Source of the DNA: Trichinella spiralis
Taxonomy: Eukaryota
Assembly: GCF_000181795.1 (NCBI RefSeq)
Contig: NW_003526944.1
Span: 2,345,434-2,409,433, forward strand
Direction of reading: 5' to 3'
DNA length: 64,000 nt
Under the pieces are notes generated by a model. That model ran no database searches. It was not told where the DNA came from and worked only from the letters and a program-made list of their open reading frames with translations. Shown here one piece after another: positions 25,031 through 40,793 of the stretch. Position 1 is the stretch's first letter, and every line of letters starts with the position of its first letter. A program made the position numbers and the translations under genes.

Positions 25031-28000
25031 ATGATGATTGCCACCGACGAGTTGGTCGACCACGTCAGGTTGTACAATCCAAAACCGTTGTTATTGCACG
25101 GCTATATCGCACCATTTATTGTTGCTTACGGCACGTCATTTTTCCTGTGGTCAGTCATTTACGGGTTTTTTGAATATTTTGAATTGTTTTGCATTGTATT
25201 TTCTGTGATTGGCTTTTTACAAATTATTGTCGTGTTGCTTTGCTTCTGGTCCATTTCTGCCCGATGCTTGCTGACCTGCAGTGAAGTGAGTCAGTTTTAA
25301 GTTAATTCAATTATTATTTTAATATTATAAACTTTTCTTCAATTCATTTTCTAATTTTAGACTAAGGATCCTTTTTCTGCCCAGTTAATTAAAGTACAAC
25401 CTACTCCAAATAATGGTTGCGCAGAACTGATACCACTTCACCATCACGTGGTAAGTTGTTCAATTTATTAAATTCATTTCTGATAGTAATTTTAATCGTT
25501 TGGAAAAATTTGATAAAGTTAATTGTGGTTAGATATTTTTTAAAATAATTTATTCGTTTATTTGAAAATGAAATTTGACATTTTTTTTGAAAATATTGAT
25601 CGTTTCCTGTTCTAGTGTTGTTAATCGGTTTTGTTCATTTCGACCAGATACTGTAGTTTTAATTTAATACAAAATCTTTTTTAAATATTTAATTAAATGT
25701 TGTGTTATTTCATAATTTTTTGGTCGTAAAAAGTGAAAATGATTTTTTTAAATTATAGAACTAACTGTGTTGGATAAATTTTTTCAAATTATTATTCACT
25801 TTATGTAATTTTGTTTTGTTTTTGCTTTGCTTGAGGATTTAATTTAAAATGTAAATTATTATTCAATGTTTTCGTTTCGGATAGAACCCCTTATACTTTT
25901 GAATTGACTCAAATGAATCAAATATCGCAAGATGATTTTACAGTATGCAGTGGGTAATTTTTAAAGTGAAAACGACTACTGCTTTAAGGATCCGAACAAT
26001 GCGTTTTATGTTTGGTTTGAATTTCAAAAAAGTAAGTACGTCTACGATGCGTTGGAGAAGAGACGGTTTGAGCCGGTCAAATTTCCGGAAAATATGCCGT
26101 TCCAATTTTACAAAGAATGGAAAGGCTACGTAATCGAGGGTGAATTGAAGCTTGTAGCTTCACATCTCGGCACGAACACGTAAAATGACTGTTTCGTTAC
26201 GCTTTGTTTGAAATATTTCCATTATTGTTTATTTTGTAAAGGATGGAAATGGTCATTTCGACGTTTGCTGAACTTTTCCAAGAACGAGCCACGGCACCGT
26301 TTTTTGTCTTTCAAGTAAGAAATGGAGATTTTGATGGTTTGCTTAATTTCAAAGGAATGTTGACGAAATGCAGTTAATTTCAGGTATTCTGTGTCTGCTT
26401 GTGGTGTTTGGAAGAGTTTTGGTATTATGCTTTGTTTACGCTCTTTATGCTGGTCATGTTTGAAATTACCGTGGTCAAACAGCAATTGAACAGTATGCAA
26501 GAGATCAGAAGCATGGGAAATAAGCCGTATTTAATTTACGTATGATGCTTAATTTTGTTTCACAAGCGGTCATTTGTGACGACATGTGTGTGTGCCGTAC
26601 AATTTAGGCATACCGCAATACAAAATGGGCGAAAATTTCTACCGAAGAACTCGTTTCCGGTGATTTGGTTTCTATCGGTAGAGCAGTTATTTATTTATTT
26701 ATTTGCTTTCTTTTCCCGTTTTAATTGAAAATGAACACAGGACGATCGTCCAATGAGAATACAGTTCCATGTGATATTCTTCTTTTACGAGGTTCATGCA
26801 TAGTGGATGAATCACTTCTGACTGGCGAGTCTGTGCCGCAGATGAAAGTGAGAGAGCTTGTTTTTTTCTTATTTTTATTTTTTGAGCTTTTGACATCACT
26901 TATGTACTGTATTATTTCAGGAATCTATAGAAGATTGCGATTTGGATCATGTGCTGGATATCAACGCCGACGGTCGACTGCACGTACTGTTCGGTGGTAC
27001 TCACGTTGTACAGCATGCGGGTCCTACGAAAACATCGTCTGGTTTGAAAGGTGAAACAATTGTGTGCTTTGTTGTGCAAATTATTTAGAAAAAGAAAAAA
27101 AACAACAACTTTTTCCACCTTAGCTCCAAACAACGGCTGCATTGGTTACGTGCTGAGAACAGGCTTTAGCACTAGTCAGGGGAAATTGTTGCGGACAATT
27201 TTGTTTGGCGTGAAAAGATTGACAGCCAACAATCGCGAAACATTATTTTTTATACTTTTTTTGTTGGTATTTGCACTGAATGCGGCCATATACGTTTGGG
27301 TGAAGGGTAAGGGCCTCCTCTTTGAATTTCTTTTCGCTTCAGCTTGGATTTTTCAATATCTTTTTTTCATCATCTGAATGTGAAATTTGTTCGATTTATT
27401 TCAAGGTGTGGAAGATCCGTCAAGAAATCGATACAAACTATTTTTGGAATGTATCTTGATTTTGACGTCTGTTATTCCACCCGAATTGCCCATCGAACTT
27501 TCGCTAGCCGTCAATCATTCGCTAATATCGTTACAAAAGCTAGGTAATGTTGAATTTTCTGAACTCATTGAATTTATATTGGTATTTTTTAAGGCATTTT
27601 TTGCATCGAACCATTCCGCATCCCACTTGCTGGAAAAATAGACGTTTGTTGTTTTGACAAAACCGGCACACTCACCACGGACAATCTGATAGTCAAGGGT
27701 TTGACAGGATTAAAGTAGTTTGTTTGTTTGTTTGTTATATTCATTTTATATTCTATTTATTCACTGATGCTTATTTTCAAGTGGTAGTAAAGCGTTAAAT
27801 TCCATTCAAAATGCTCCACTGGAAAGCATAAGAGTGTTGGTCAGTTGTCACAGTTTGATGCAGTTGGATGCAGAATTGATTGGCGATCCATTGGAAAAGG
27901 CATGTTTACATGCAGCTGGATGGACATTGACCAAACGTGAGTGTAGAAATATGTTTAAAGTAGACATCAGACATTTTTTAAAAAAAACTAAATTACTTTA

Positions 28001-30902
28001 AATTGTGCGCACACATTCTTCTGCGATTATTAATTTCTTTATCGTTATTTGATTTATTTGATTTCTAGAAGATACTGTGATTCCTTGTAAAGGAAAAGAA
28101 ATTCCTGTCCACATTTCTCACCGTTTTCATTTCTCATCATCCCTGCAACGTATGTCAGTAATTGCCAGCTATATACCTGTTGGCTCGGCGGATGCGCAGT
28201 ACTTTTTTGCAGTGAAAGGTTCTCCAGAAATTTTGAAACCAATGGTGCTTTTTGAAAAAAAAGAAACTCTGCGTTACTTGTAATTCTTTAAATGAATTTG
28301 ATTTTTAGTTTAGGGAACCGCCTGAAAACTACGACGAAATTTACAAACAAATGACCCTAGAAGGAGCTCGTGTACTTGCTCTAGGATACAGGTTGATTGG
28401 TCATCGTTCTCATCAAGAAGTGAGATTGTTTTTTTTCACTATTTGAATTTCTATTTTTGGTCATTTTACAGGTGCGATCGTATACGCGTGATTTTGTGGA
28501 AAAAGAATTGGACTTTGCGGGCTTTGTGATAGTTTCTTGCCCGTTGAAGCCGGATTCGAAGGAAGTGATCCGAGAAATTATCGACTCGGACCACAGAGTT
28601 ACAATGATAACCGGTGACAATCCACTGACCGCTTGCCACGTTGCAAAAGAATTGGAAATGATTAACGACAATGCTGTTGTCATTCTCGAAGAGCCAACTG
28701 ACATCAGTGGTACAAATTAATCACTAACTAACTAACTAATAATAATAATATGAATAAAATAATAGGAGAAAAGATAATTACATCTCTTTCTAGGTGTCGG
28801 CGGTTGGTTTTGGGTTTCATTGGATCGGTCGATTCACATACCGATGATACCTATGCAAGGTGTGCAATATTTGGCTTTGAATTTTACCCTTTGCATGACC
28901 GGATCGGTTAGTATTGGATATATTGCATCAACTGTTGTAAATGCGTATGCGAAAACTTTTTGGTGAACATTAATTATTCATAACAGGGCTTTGCATACTT
29001 TTACAATGTGAACAAAGCGTTTTTATCCGAATTGTTGCCGTACGTTGCTGTATTTGCTCGAATGGCTCCCAAACAAAAAGTATCAATTTGCTCAGCTGCT
29101 ACTGTTGCAGTAGTAGTTAGTAGAGAAGGATAAAATTTTTTTTTTAAATTTTATTTCAGGAAAAAGTGATCACTTTGTTGAAAGAAAAAGGTCTTGTAAC
29201 GTTGATGTGCGGCGATGGGACGAATGATGTCGGCGCGTTGAAACACGCCGATGTGGGTGTGTAATTTTTGTATATTGTTCTTCATTTGTTTTTTTTTCTG
29301 TTTAAATTGTTGTTTTTCATTCCCAGGCGTAGCTCTTCTTTCTCATCCAGCATTGACAGGGGAAAATCGTGACAACAATTCGAAAAAGTCCAACGAATCC
29401 TCCCCTTCCACATTGCTGATGTCCAATGCTGCTAGAAATTCTTCCACTGCAGCAGCAGATGGCAGTCCGCAGCAGCATACGCTGTCGCGTTCTTCTTCTT
29501 CTTCTCATTCGCATGCGGCGTCAAGGCGGTTTTTGAATTCAAAATCCCTTGTGAATCCCACTTCGACCATGTCGGTAAGGATTGCTTTTCAGTTGTTGTT
29601 GTTGTTGTTTGTTGATAAGCACATGGATAAACTTTTGTTTTGTCTTACAGAAAGTGCAGCAAGCTTTGAAGAAATACGAAGAAGAAGAAGGACCCGCGTT
29701 GGTACGACTCGGCGACGCTTCAGTAGCAGCTCCGTTTACTTCAAAATATTCATCCATTCGATCAAGTAAATAAATTCAAACAAACAAACAAACAAATAAA
29801 TAAATAAATAAATAAATATTTCTGCTTTCAGTCTGCCATATTGTTCGCCAGGGGCGTTGTACTTTGGTTACCACTTTGCAGATGTTTAAAATTCTAGCGC
29901 TGAATGCACTTTTGTTGGCTTATTGTCAAAGTGTTCTCAACTTGGACGGTGTGAAATTTTCCGACAGGCAAGCCACTGTGCAAGGGCTGTTGTTGGCGGC
30001 ATGTTTTTTCTTCATCTCCAGATCGAATGTTGGTTAATTTATTCGAAGAAAAAAAATTAAACATAATTCTATTCATATTTATTAATTTTTTTCCATTATT
30101 TATTAGCCGTTGAAAACTCTGGCCAAACAGCAGCCGTTGCCGAATATTTTCAACGCGTACACGTTGCTGTCCGTATCTGCGCAATTCATCATTCACTTTT
30201 TCTCTCTGGCCTATCTTGTCAGCTTAACCCATCAGATCAACTCTAAAAATAAGTAATTTTTCAGTTTTTTTTTTGATCATGTAACAATAATTTTTTTTCT
30301 CTACTATTTTCTCGTTTATTCTCTAGTGTGGAAAAGGCAAATTTGGAGCAAAAATTTCAACCAAACTTGTTGAACAGTCTCGTCTATTTGATGTCGATTA
30401 TGTTTCAGACTTGTAATTTTGCCATCAATTATCGGGTAAGTGGAGACGAATTTTTTGGTCGGTTGGTCGGTCGGGGTTGTTGTTTAGCTTTTTTTTTTCA
30501 ACTTCACCAAATTCATTTGTTCACAAAATTCAAGGGACATCCATTTATGGAAAGTCTGGTCGAGAACCGAGCCCTTCTGTATACTTTGCTGTCCGCCGGT
30601 GCTACGGTGGTCATTTTAACTGCCGGCCTGGCTCCAGACATGGCTGAGCAATGCGAGCTTGTTCAGCTACCACCAGAGGTGTGTTTGTGTGATTTATTTG
30701 ATTTATATTGTATTTATCTTCTTTTTCTACCTTGAACTTATTTGTTTGGTCATTTTTTGCATTTTTGCAGCTTCGTAATGCCGTGCTGATGATAATCGCG
30801 GTGGACATTTTAGCTTCTTATACGGCGGATAAGATTTGCGCTTTTGTATTTGGCCAAGTGAAAAAATCGACCACAAGACAGCAGCAGTTGGAAAAGAAAT
30901 AG
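25031..30902 (+). CDS. ATP13A1: P5A-type ATPase (ER transmembrane helix dislocase; ATP13A1/Spf1/catp-8), multi-exon
   Basis: Actuator LTGES, P5A signature PPELPIE, phosphorylation motif [49 protein letters not shown] and [13 protein letters not shown] at 30900-30902. Confidence 0.96.
29777..29816. repeat. Compound (CAAA)n(TAAA)n tetranucleotide microsatellite in an ATP13A1 intron
   Basis: Read directly from the sequence. Confidence 0.85.
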
Positions 30903-31141
30903 GCATTTTAACCCCCAACACAGAGCGTAATATTATATCTTTTATTGAGCGCAGTTGAAAATAAAAGCTGTTTGTATTATTTTGCAAAAATGCCAAAGAC
31001 AATTAATTATTTTTTTATTATTTTTTCCACTATCCCGCATAATAATATCATCATTGTTCCATCATCACATGCTTTGATTGTGTTTTTTTTTCTTCTTTTT
31101 ATTGTGTACAGGATCCGAAGAGGTTGTTATTTGTCATTTTG

Positions 31142-33829
31142 TCAAAACAGACGCTTTTCATATCTGCAACACGAGAGAGGAAGTATTAAAAACAAACAAA
31201 CAACGCACATTGGTGGATCATAATCAATCGGTGAAAAAGAAGAAGAAGAAGAAGAACTTACGAATGCAGTGAATGCACGCTACCTTCCATCTGAGCACCG
31301 GCACTTCGACGTTCAAAACGCACTGTTCCATTGTAAATCATTTCACTTCAACCAAATACAATAAAATTAATTAATTATTTAGAAATTACGTTTACGGTGG
31401 AGAGATGAAAATTCGGGGAAAAAAAGGAAACAAAATTACTGAAGGTTAACCGTGCTTCTAATGCCCATGTCTTGTAGACCGTGTTTCACACCAACAGTCA
31501 GGTAAGGTAGAAAAATGTGAATGGAACCTTTGTCAGTAACTGTACCGGATACACCTTGGGCAACACGAACTTTATCACAGTCTCTGGAAAATTTGAGAAT
31601 GGAGAAAAGAAAAACTAAGACTGAACCCGTAAACAACAAAATGTAGTAACAACGATACTTCTGAAAATAACGATCCTGCGATTCGGCATTCTCACTGAGA
31701 ACATCCAAACTGCCCATTCCTCGGTATTTTTTCAGTCGAATACCGTCTGACCATATGTAATCGCCAGGAGCTTCCAAAGTACCGGCCAACAACGAGCCCA
31801 TCATCACCGTCGATGCGCCCAACGCCAAAGCTTTCGTTGCATGGCCCAAGCATTGAATTCCACCGTCGGCAATCACCGGTACGCCGTAACGCTGCGCATA
31901 TCTGGCCACTTGATAAACCGCAGTACCTTGAGCTCGACCGACCGCCATCACTGGAAAAAGTCAACAAGATGAAGGTAAGTGCAATTTAAATTGTTTTTTT
32001 TTGTTTTGTTTTGTCTTTATTAATTTTAAATTAACCTTCTTGGGTGATACAAATCGATCCACTGCCCATACCAACACGCAGAGCATCTGCCCCAGCTGAA
32101 ATTAAACATTCTGCCTGTTCTGCAGTAACCACTGAAATGAAGTAGCAAAAAAAAATAATAAATTAGATACAGTATAGGTGATAAAAGGGGGTTTCAAGTT
32201 TTAACCATTTCCTGCGATCACATCTATTTTACTGTAGTGAGCTTTTATGTATTTCAAAAGATCAATCTGATAAATACTGCATCCTTGTGAAGAATCCTAC
32301 AAATATAACGTTAAATGAGAACTTGAAAAAAAAAGAAAAGTTATAAAACGTCATCTGACAATGACAATAATGTCCACTCCGGCTTCGACCAGCAGTTTCA
32401 GTCTGTCTTTCGATTCTTCACGGGTGCTGATAGCAGCTCCTACCAATAGACGACCATATTTGTCCACACTGCTCAACGGATATACGCGCCGCTTTTTAAT
32501 ATCCGTACGAGCAATAAGAGAAACAAGACGGTTCTCATCGTCAACAATTGGCAGTTTTCCTGTAAAATGAACATTTTTTTTTCCACTTCTCTTCTCTCTA
32601 TACAACATCTTATTATTATTATACCTCGCTTGTTTTCTTGCAACGTTTGATAAGCGGAATCGAGTGTCACTGATGCGGATGCAGTGATCACCAATTCCCG
32701 TGGTATCATCACAGCCGATATTGGGGTCGATTTCCATTTCTCTTCAGGTATGAAATCCACATCGCGCGACGTGCACAAACCAACCAGGACACCGCCAATT
32801 TTTCCCGTGTCCGTTATCGGTACACCGGAAAAGCCGAATTTCCGTTTCACTTCCATCACATCGAATACAGTATTCTGCGGACTGAGCACTACCGGATTCC
32901 ATATGAAACCTTGTTTCGCACGCTGATAATACAAAGAAGAATGGAAGATGATAAAAAAAGAAATGAAAACGGAAACTATCCAATTGCTGCATATACTTTA
33001 ACTTTTGCCACTTCTTCGGCTTGATATTCTGGTGTACAGTTGCAATGAATGATTCCAATACCACCACACTGCTGAAAGTAGAAGAAATTGATTCGATTCA
33101 GAAGATGAAAAAAAATCATATCGAATTCAATTGGGACAATTTGTTTGTTTGTTTACCGCCATCGCTATTGCCATGTCAGATTCAGTGACTGTGTCCATTG
33201 GTGAAGAAACAAACGGCGCTTTCAAAGTGACATTTCGAGTCAAATGTGTCGTCAAATCCACATCTTCTACCGGAAAGTCCACATATCCAGGTAAAATGAT
33301 AAAGTCACTAAAAGTAAATCAACAAACGAATGGATAAGATAGAGATGATCGATAATATTTGGTATGTTTCGTTCATTTTTTTAACTTGTCATGTTTTATC
33401 CAATTAATTTCTGTTCAATTTCTCATCTGAAGGTAAAGATCACATCAGAAATTTGCATTATCATCATCAGACCCATTTTTATTTATTCAGCAGAATTAAT
33501 TAAGCTTGAAAATGGTCGCTGTTAAACAAACATTAGCTCATCTTTATGCAAATAATCATCATCCGTGTGCTTACAAATTGATTTGTTAGCTTTGTCGTTA
33601 AACAACAATTAGGCCATTTCTAATTTTAAAATGTTGTTAAAACGATATTTTTCGAGTAGATAAAAGAAAATTCATAAACGATACTTTATATTTATTTATT
33701 AATATTTTCCATTTAATTATTTACTATTTTCACTTACTTGTACGTGATGCCTTCGCGCGAGCTGAACAGTTCTTCCAAAGTCAATCCGTCCGGTTCCCTA
33801 TCTTTTCCGACCAACAGATTGCGCTTCAT
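31142..33829 (-). CDS. IMPDH: Inosine-5'-monophosphate dehydrogenase with CBS pair, multi-exon
   Basis: First exon [31 protein letters not shown], then [23 protein letters not shown] domains, catalytic loop [26 protein letters not shown] and AQGVSG; ends HSLHSYEKRLF* (TGA 31144-31142). Confidence 0.97.
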
Positions 33830-33951
33830 CTTGCAGATTTTCTTCAACTAGACAAAATCACAAATGTTTCACATTGTAGCTGACGCATAAAAAAAGAAGA
33901 ATTTTAAATTTAAATGAGGAGAAAAAGAAAACAATGGAAATGCTAAACTGT

Positions 33952-33982
33952 ACCACCACCACCACCACCACCACTACCACCA
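33952..33982. repeat. (ACC)n microsatellite upstream of IMPDH
   Basis: Read directly; about 10 copies with one ACT interruption. Confidence 0.85.
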
Positions 33983-34485
33983 ATTCAATTGTTAATATTG
34001 AAAAAAAATGGTCGTAAAATGTCAACTGCTAACTTCAACAAACACCATGCATCACTGACCTATTGAAAGAAGAAGAAGAAAAAGCACAAATGTGTTATCG
34101 CAGATATTGCACAGAGTTCACAGATATTGGAGAGTTCACCTAAATGGATTATTAAAAAATATTGTGCGTGCGAACAACAACGGACTGAGCATTATAAATA
34201 AATATACGGTTGATAACGGCAACCAATTTTCCATTCGGAAGCTAGTGAAAAAAAAGATCGATAAAATTATTCAACTTTTATTAGTCGATGAGAAAATGCC
34301 GATTAATTAGACTGACAACGGAAATTCATACACATACTTATTAATATATGAATATAATATTTATTTAGAAAAAAAGAATAATAATTAATACCTCTTTCCA
34401 AATAATGAACAATAAATGAAATTCCAGTAAGAATAGAGGGAAGAGAGGTCAGTTTCCAATAATCATTTACCGTAGACCACCATCA

Positions 34486-37120
34486 TCATATGGAATATAG
34501 AATATGATTCATTTTTTCACTTAAATCTTCAATTTTGGTTCGCAGTTGATTCGAAGCTTCTGTATACGATTGTCGATTCAATTTTCCACCAACGTGACGT
34601 TCAGCTTCGTGATTCCAACTGGTGAATGATTCGCGTACTTGTTGATCCATTCGTTGAATCATACTCACCTAAAAGTAGTGAACAGTGGAAATTTTTCAAT
34701 AAAAAAAAATCATTACAGCAAACATGAACAACCAATCACCAATGAAATAATGCGTTGTCGCATAGGTGAGAAATGTGTCTTTCCTATTCAGCATAATTTA
34801 CTTGCATTGGTGATGAAATTTTAAACACCGATGCATAAAATTATTTTCAAAAAGTATAATTAAATTGGTGAAAATCAATTTTTTTTGCAAACGTCACTGG
34901 ACAAAGGAAAATAATATTGAAATATTACCTTTTCTGCCGCTTCACTGCTTTCAGCTTTCAACTGTGACTGCAATTCCGTGATGTGCTGGTTCAAGTTTCG
35001 CCATTCTTGATCCAGACGTTTTTTCGTTGCTCCAAAAATTGCACTATCCTTGCTCGAGATGTACTTTTCCAAATTTTCCACAATCTGTTCGTAAATTTTA
35101 CCCCTCTTCTGATGCGCTTCGGAAAATTCATCAGTAAGACTATCCAATTTCATTCTACTTTCAGCAGAAGTGTCCTGGAATTTTAGTACAATTTCAACAA
35201 CAATTACAACAAGTAACAAGCTTTGGGCTTTCTGTGAACCTTGACAATGGAAAAATCCAATCGAACGAAAAATATGATCGTGCAGAAAAACACCATAAAT
35301 GCCACAGCTACCATAATCGGCTCGCGAACAATTTTCGATGATTCCCAAGTATAATACAACTGTAAGATATTTTCTTATGATTTAAACTGAAAGATAACAA
35401 CAACAGTAAAAACAATTCAACTTCAAAATCTTGTATGTGATTTTCCACAAGGTGACGTTTGTGCATTGTAATCACTGGTCGTCCGGTTACATCCAAATAT
35501 GTGTAGTGTAGGCTATTCGGATACTGTTCTACATCGTAAGGCGGTTTGACTCGAATATTTCTAAATGAAAATAATCTTTGGAAATTTTTTATCAAAAATA
35601 ATATTCAAAAACAACTTTGATTCTTCGGGCAAAATGATTTTCAGCTGAAAATTTTCGATGAAAAAGTTTTCAAAGACATGATCAACAAAACGCATCTTCA
35701 GCCCAAATTGGCTACCTGCTTTGTAAATATTACTTACATTGCATATTTGCAAATCAAATTGAAATTTGAAGACAAACTTTATACCTGAGTGATATAAATA
35801 TTCATAACTAGGAATATTATAACCAATAGTATAAGTGGTTCTCCAACCGCCAAACAATGGAAATCGAGGTTGTATTGTAAGATGGAGTGAATCTGGATTA
35901 TGGCGCACTTCACTAGTAGAAACATTGCCAATTTCATCCCGATAATATATATGCTTTGCAGAAGCTGGTAATATTGTCTGAATAAAGTAAACACCGGTTA
36001 TTTGACAAGTGAGCGTTAAGGAAAATGTGAGTAAACGCAAGAATGCAGACCCGAAAACCGCTGACACTCGGAGAAATTTGACGTTGCGAACGCTGGTAAT
36101 CTAAACGCGAAAATGGCCCTGTAAGCACCGCACCTTGGTGCTCCAAATTAATATGCTCTTCAACGGCAATATTGCCCCAATGTGAAACTTCAATGATGCG
36201 TTCGAGTTCTGTTACCACCAGAAAAGGAGCATAACTTTCAAAATGCACTCTCATGGGTTCCTGAAAACAATATAACTAATTATAATCAAACAAATGTAAT
36301 TATATTCTCTTCTTACCATAACAAACGGAGGAATATTCTCATAAATACCGTATGTCAAAATTTTCCCTGATTTTACTACCGGTAACACTTTTTTCGTATA
36401 CGATTCAACATTCTCTGAGTAGAGTTTTATAACCATTTTTTGTTTTTTTACTTCATACGGCGATAACATATATGTCAAATCGTCGTAAATGAAGAATCTA
36501 AAGGTAAAATCATTTTATGACGTGCTGAAATATTCAAACCAATAAAGATATGCTTAAATCGTATTGCTTACTGGCGTCCTTTTTGTGTAATATGTGTGGG
36601 AAATGGTTTCAACCATTCACCATAAACAAATTCCGCAGTCACTTTTATCTTCCTCTCATTCCTGGCTGGAAGTGTGACTTTCAAAAATGCTACATCACTG
36701 AAAAAACAACTTAATAACTAACAACTGAAACAACAGTATACAGTTAAAAATTACTCATGGCCCGACACTTCCACTTTGTCTACTTGTAAAGTGGTCTTTG
36801 GGGAATCAAAATGCACCTAAAACCCAAAGAAAAATACAAAATATAAAACAATGCTTAAATTTGACAATAATTACATTGTAAAAAGCCAAATGATCCATTT
36901 TCTTTCTCGGCATCGCGAGTAGAATGTATGATGGTAATTTATTTCCAGTAGCTTCGAAATCAAGAGTTACTTTTTCCTTGACCAGTTGTGATGTCAGATC
37001 AACATTTCTTACAGCCATTGAAATAATACAACTGTCATCATTGAGATTTACTTTCTCCAGCGTTCTTGAAGCATGGCATACAACCGCCAGCAACACGAAA
37101 GAAAACATAACCAGTCGCAT
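34486..37120 (-). CDS. RPN1: Oligosaccharyltransferase subunit 1 (ribophorin I), multi-exon
   Basis: Signal peptide [17 protein letters not shown], then [55 protein letters not shown], a TM segment and a coiled-coil tail. Confidence 0.96.
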
Positions 37121-38107
37121 TTTTGAATTTAATAATTTTCCTAAATTTGTTAATAATAAGGTGCTAAAATTTGAAAAAATATTATAAATTAAATATAATA
37201 AAATGCTATAGGACACGAATCATTGTTGCAATACAGAAATGTAAGACTCAAGTTCAATTTAATACGTTTCAATTTCCATTACACATGGTAGCGTTTCAGC
37301 GTTGAAAAATTATAAAAATTTCTCTTTTGAATTAGTAGTTATATTTTTAATCACAATAATTACTTTATATGAATTATTTTTTTTACTTAAATTGTTTAAT
37401 GAAATGTCAATTGAACTTAAGCATAATTTTTATTTTGATGCTATAAAATGTTTTTTTGTTATTTTTAAAAATAAAATAATAATTCGTGTAAATTTATACT
37501 TGTGAAAATATAAGCACAATAAATATCAATGACATGTTACACAAGTCATACTGTAGTTCATATTTCAGAAGTCAGTATGTTAGGCATAATTTATTTCGAA
37601 CAATTTGATTGTTTATTTGATTTTTTCTTATATTTAAAATTTTATTTATTTCAATTATTATATTTAACTATTTACTGACAAAGTTTTATTTTGTAAGTGA
37701 CGTAAACTTGATCATATTATAGTATACTTTCTTCGACGGATTAATTTTGCAATATGTTTGTCAATGTTTTATGGTGGATGTGCTGAGCAGTGCTAATTCT
37801 TTGCAGTCTTTGTCGTATATGGCTGTGATTTGAGATTAAATGAATTTCTTTCTTCTTTCCTTAAAGCAGAAAAATTAACCGTATTGCACGAGCTAATCTT
37901 GAACTTGTGCACTTTTAGTTTTTTGATCATTGTTTTTCTTTGATGATATTTTTGTATTTGCTTGATGTAATTTATATAACGACCTATCATTCGAGTAATG
38001 CTGAACTTTTTTCACAACTTTAATGTTTGCATTTTGTATTTGACGTCATTATCGTGTATAATAATTTTGCGATTATGTGAAACAATGCAGTTAATCGAAT
38101 TTTAGAA

Positions 38108-40576
<2,469 letters not shown>

Positions 40577-40793
40577 TAACACTTGTGCAGCAATTATATA
40601 AAATCAACAGCATTTGAAATGTCGTGCAGAGTTTCATCAATGAGAAGAAGTTCTTTTACTTTTACAACGTATATTTTATGTAGTTGTTCATTTGTTCATT
40701 TTTTGCATTTATTGGTGTGAAAGTGTAATGTAGGTTTTTGTTTGATGAGCGCTGCAAAATGACACATATCGAGCGGTAGTAAAAGTTGTGAGA

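Noticed and set aside
30902..31142. Antisense overlap between ATP13A1 and IMPDH
   Set aside because: Each gene has its own AATAAA within the gap (+ 30960, - about 31100), so no overlap is required.
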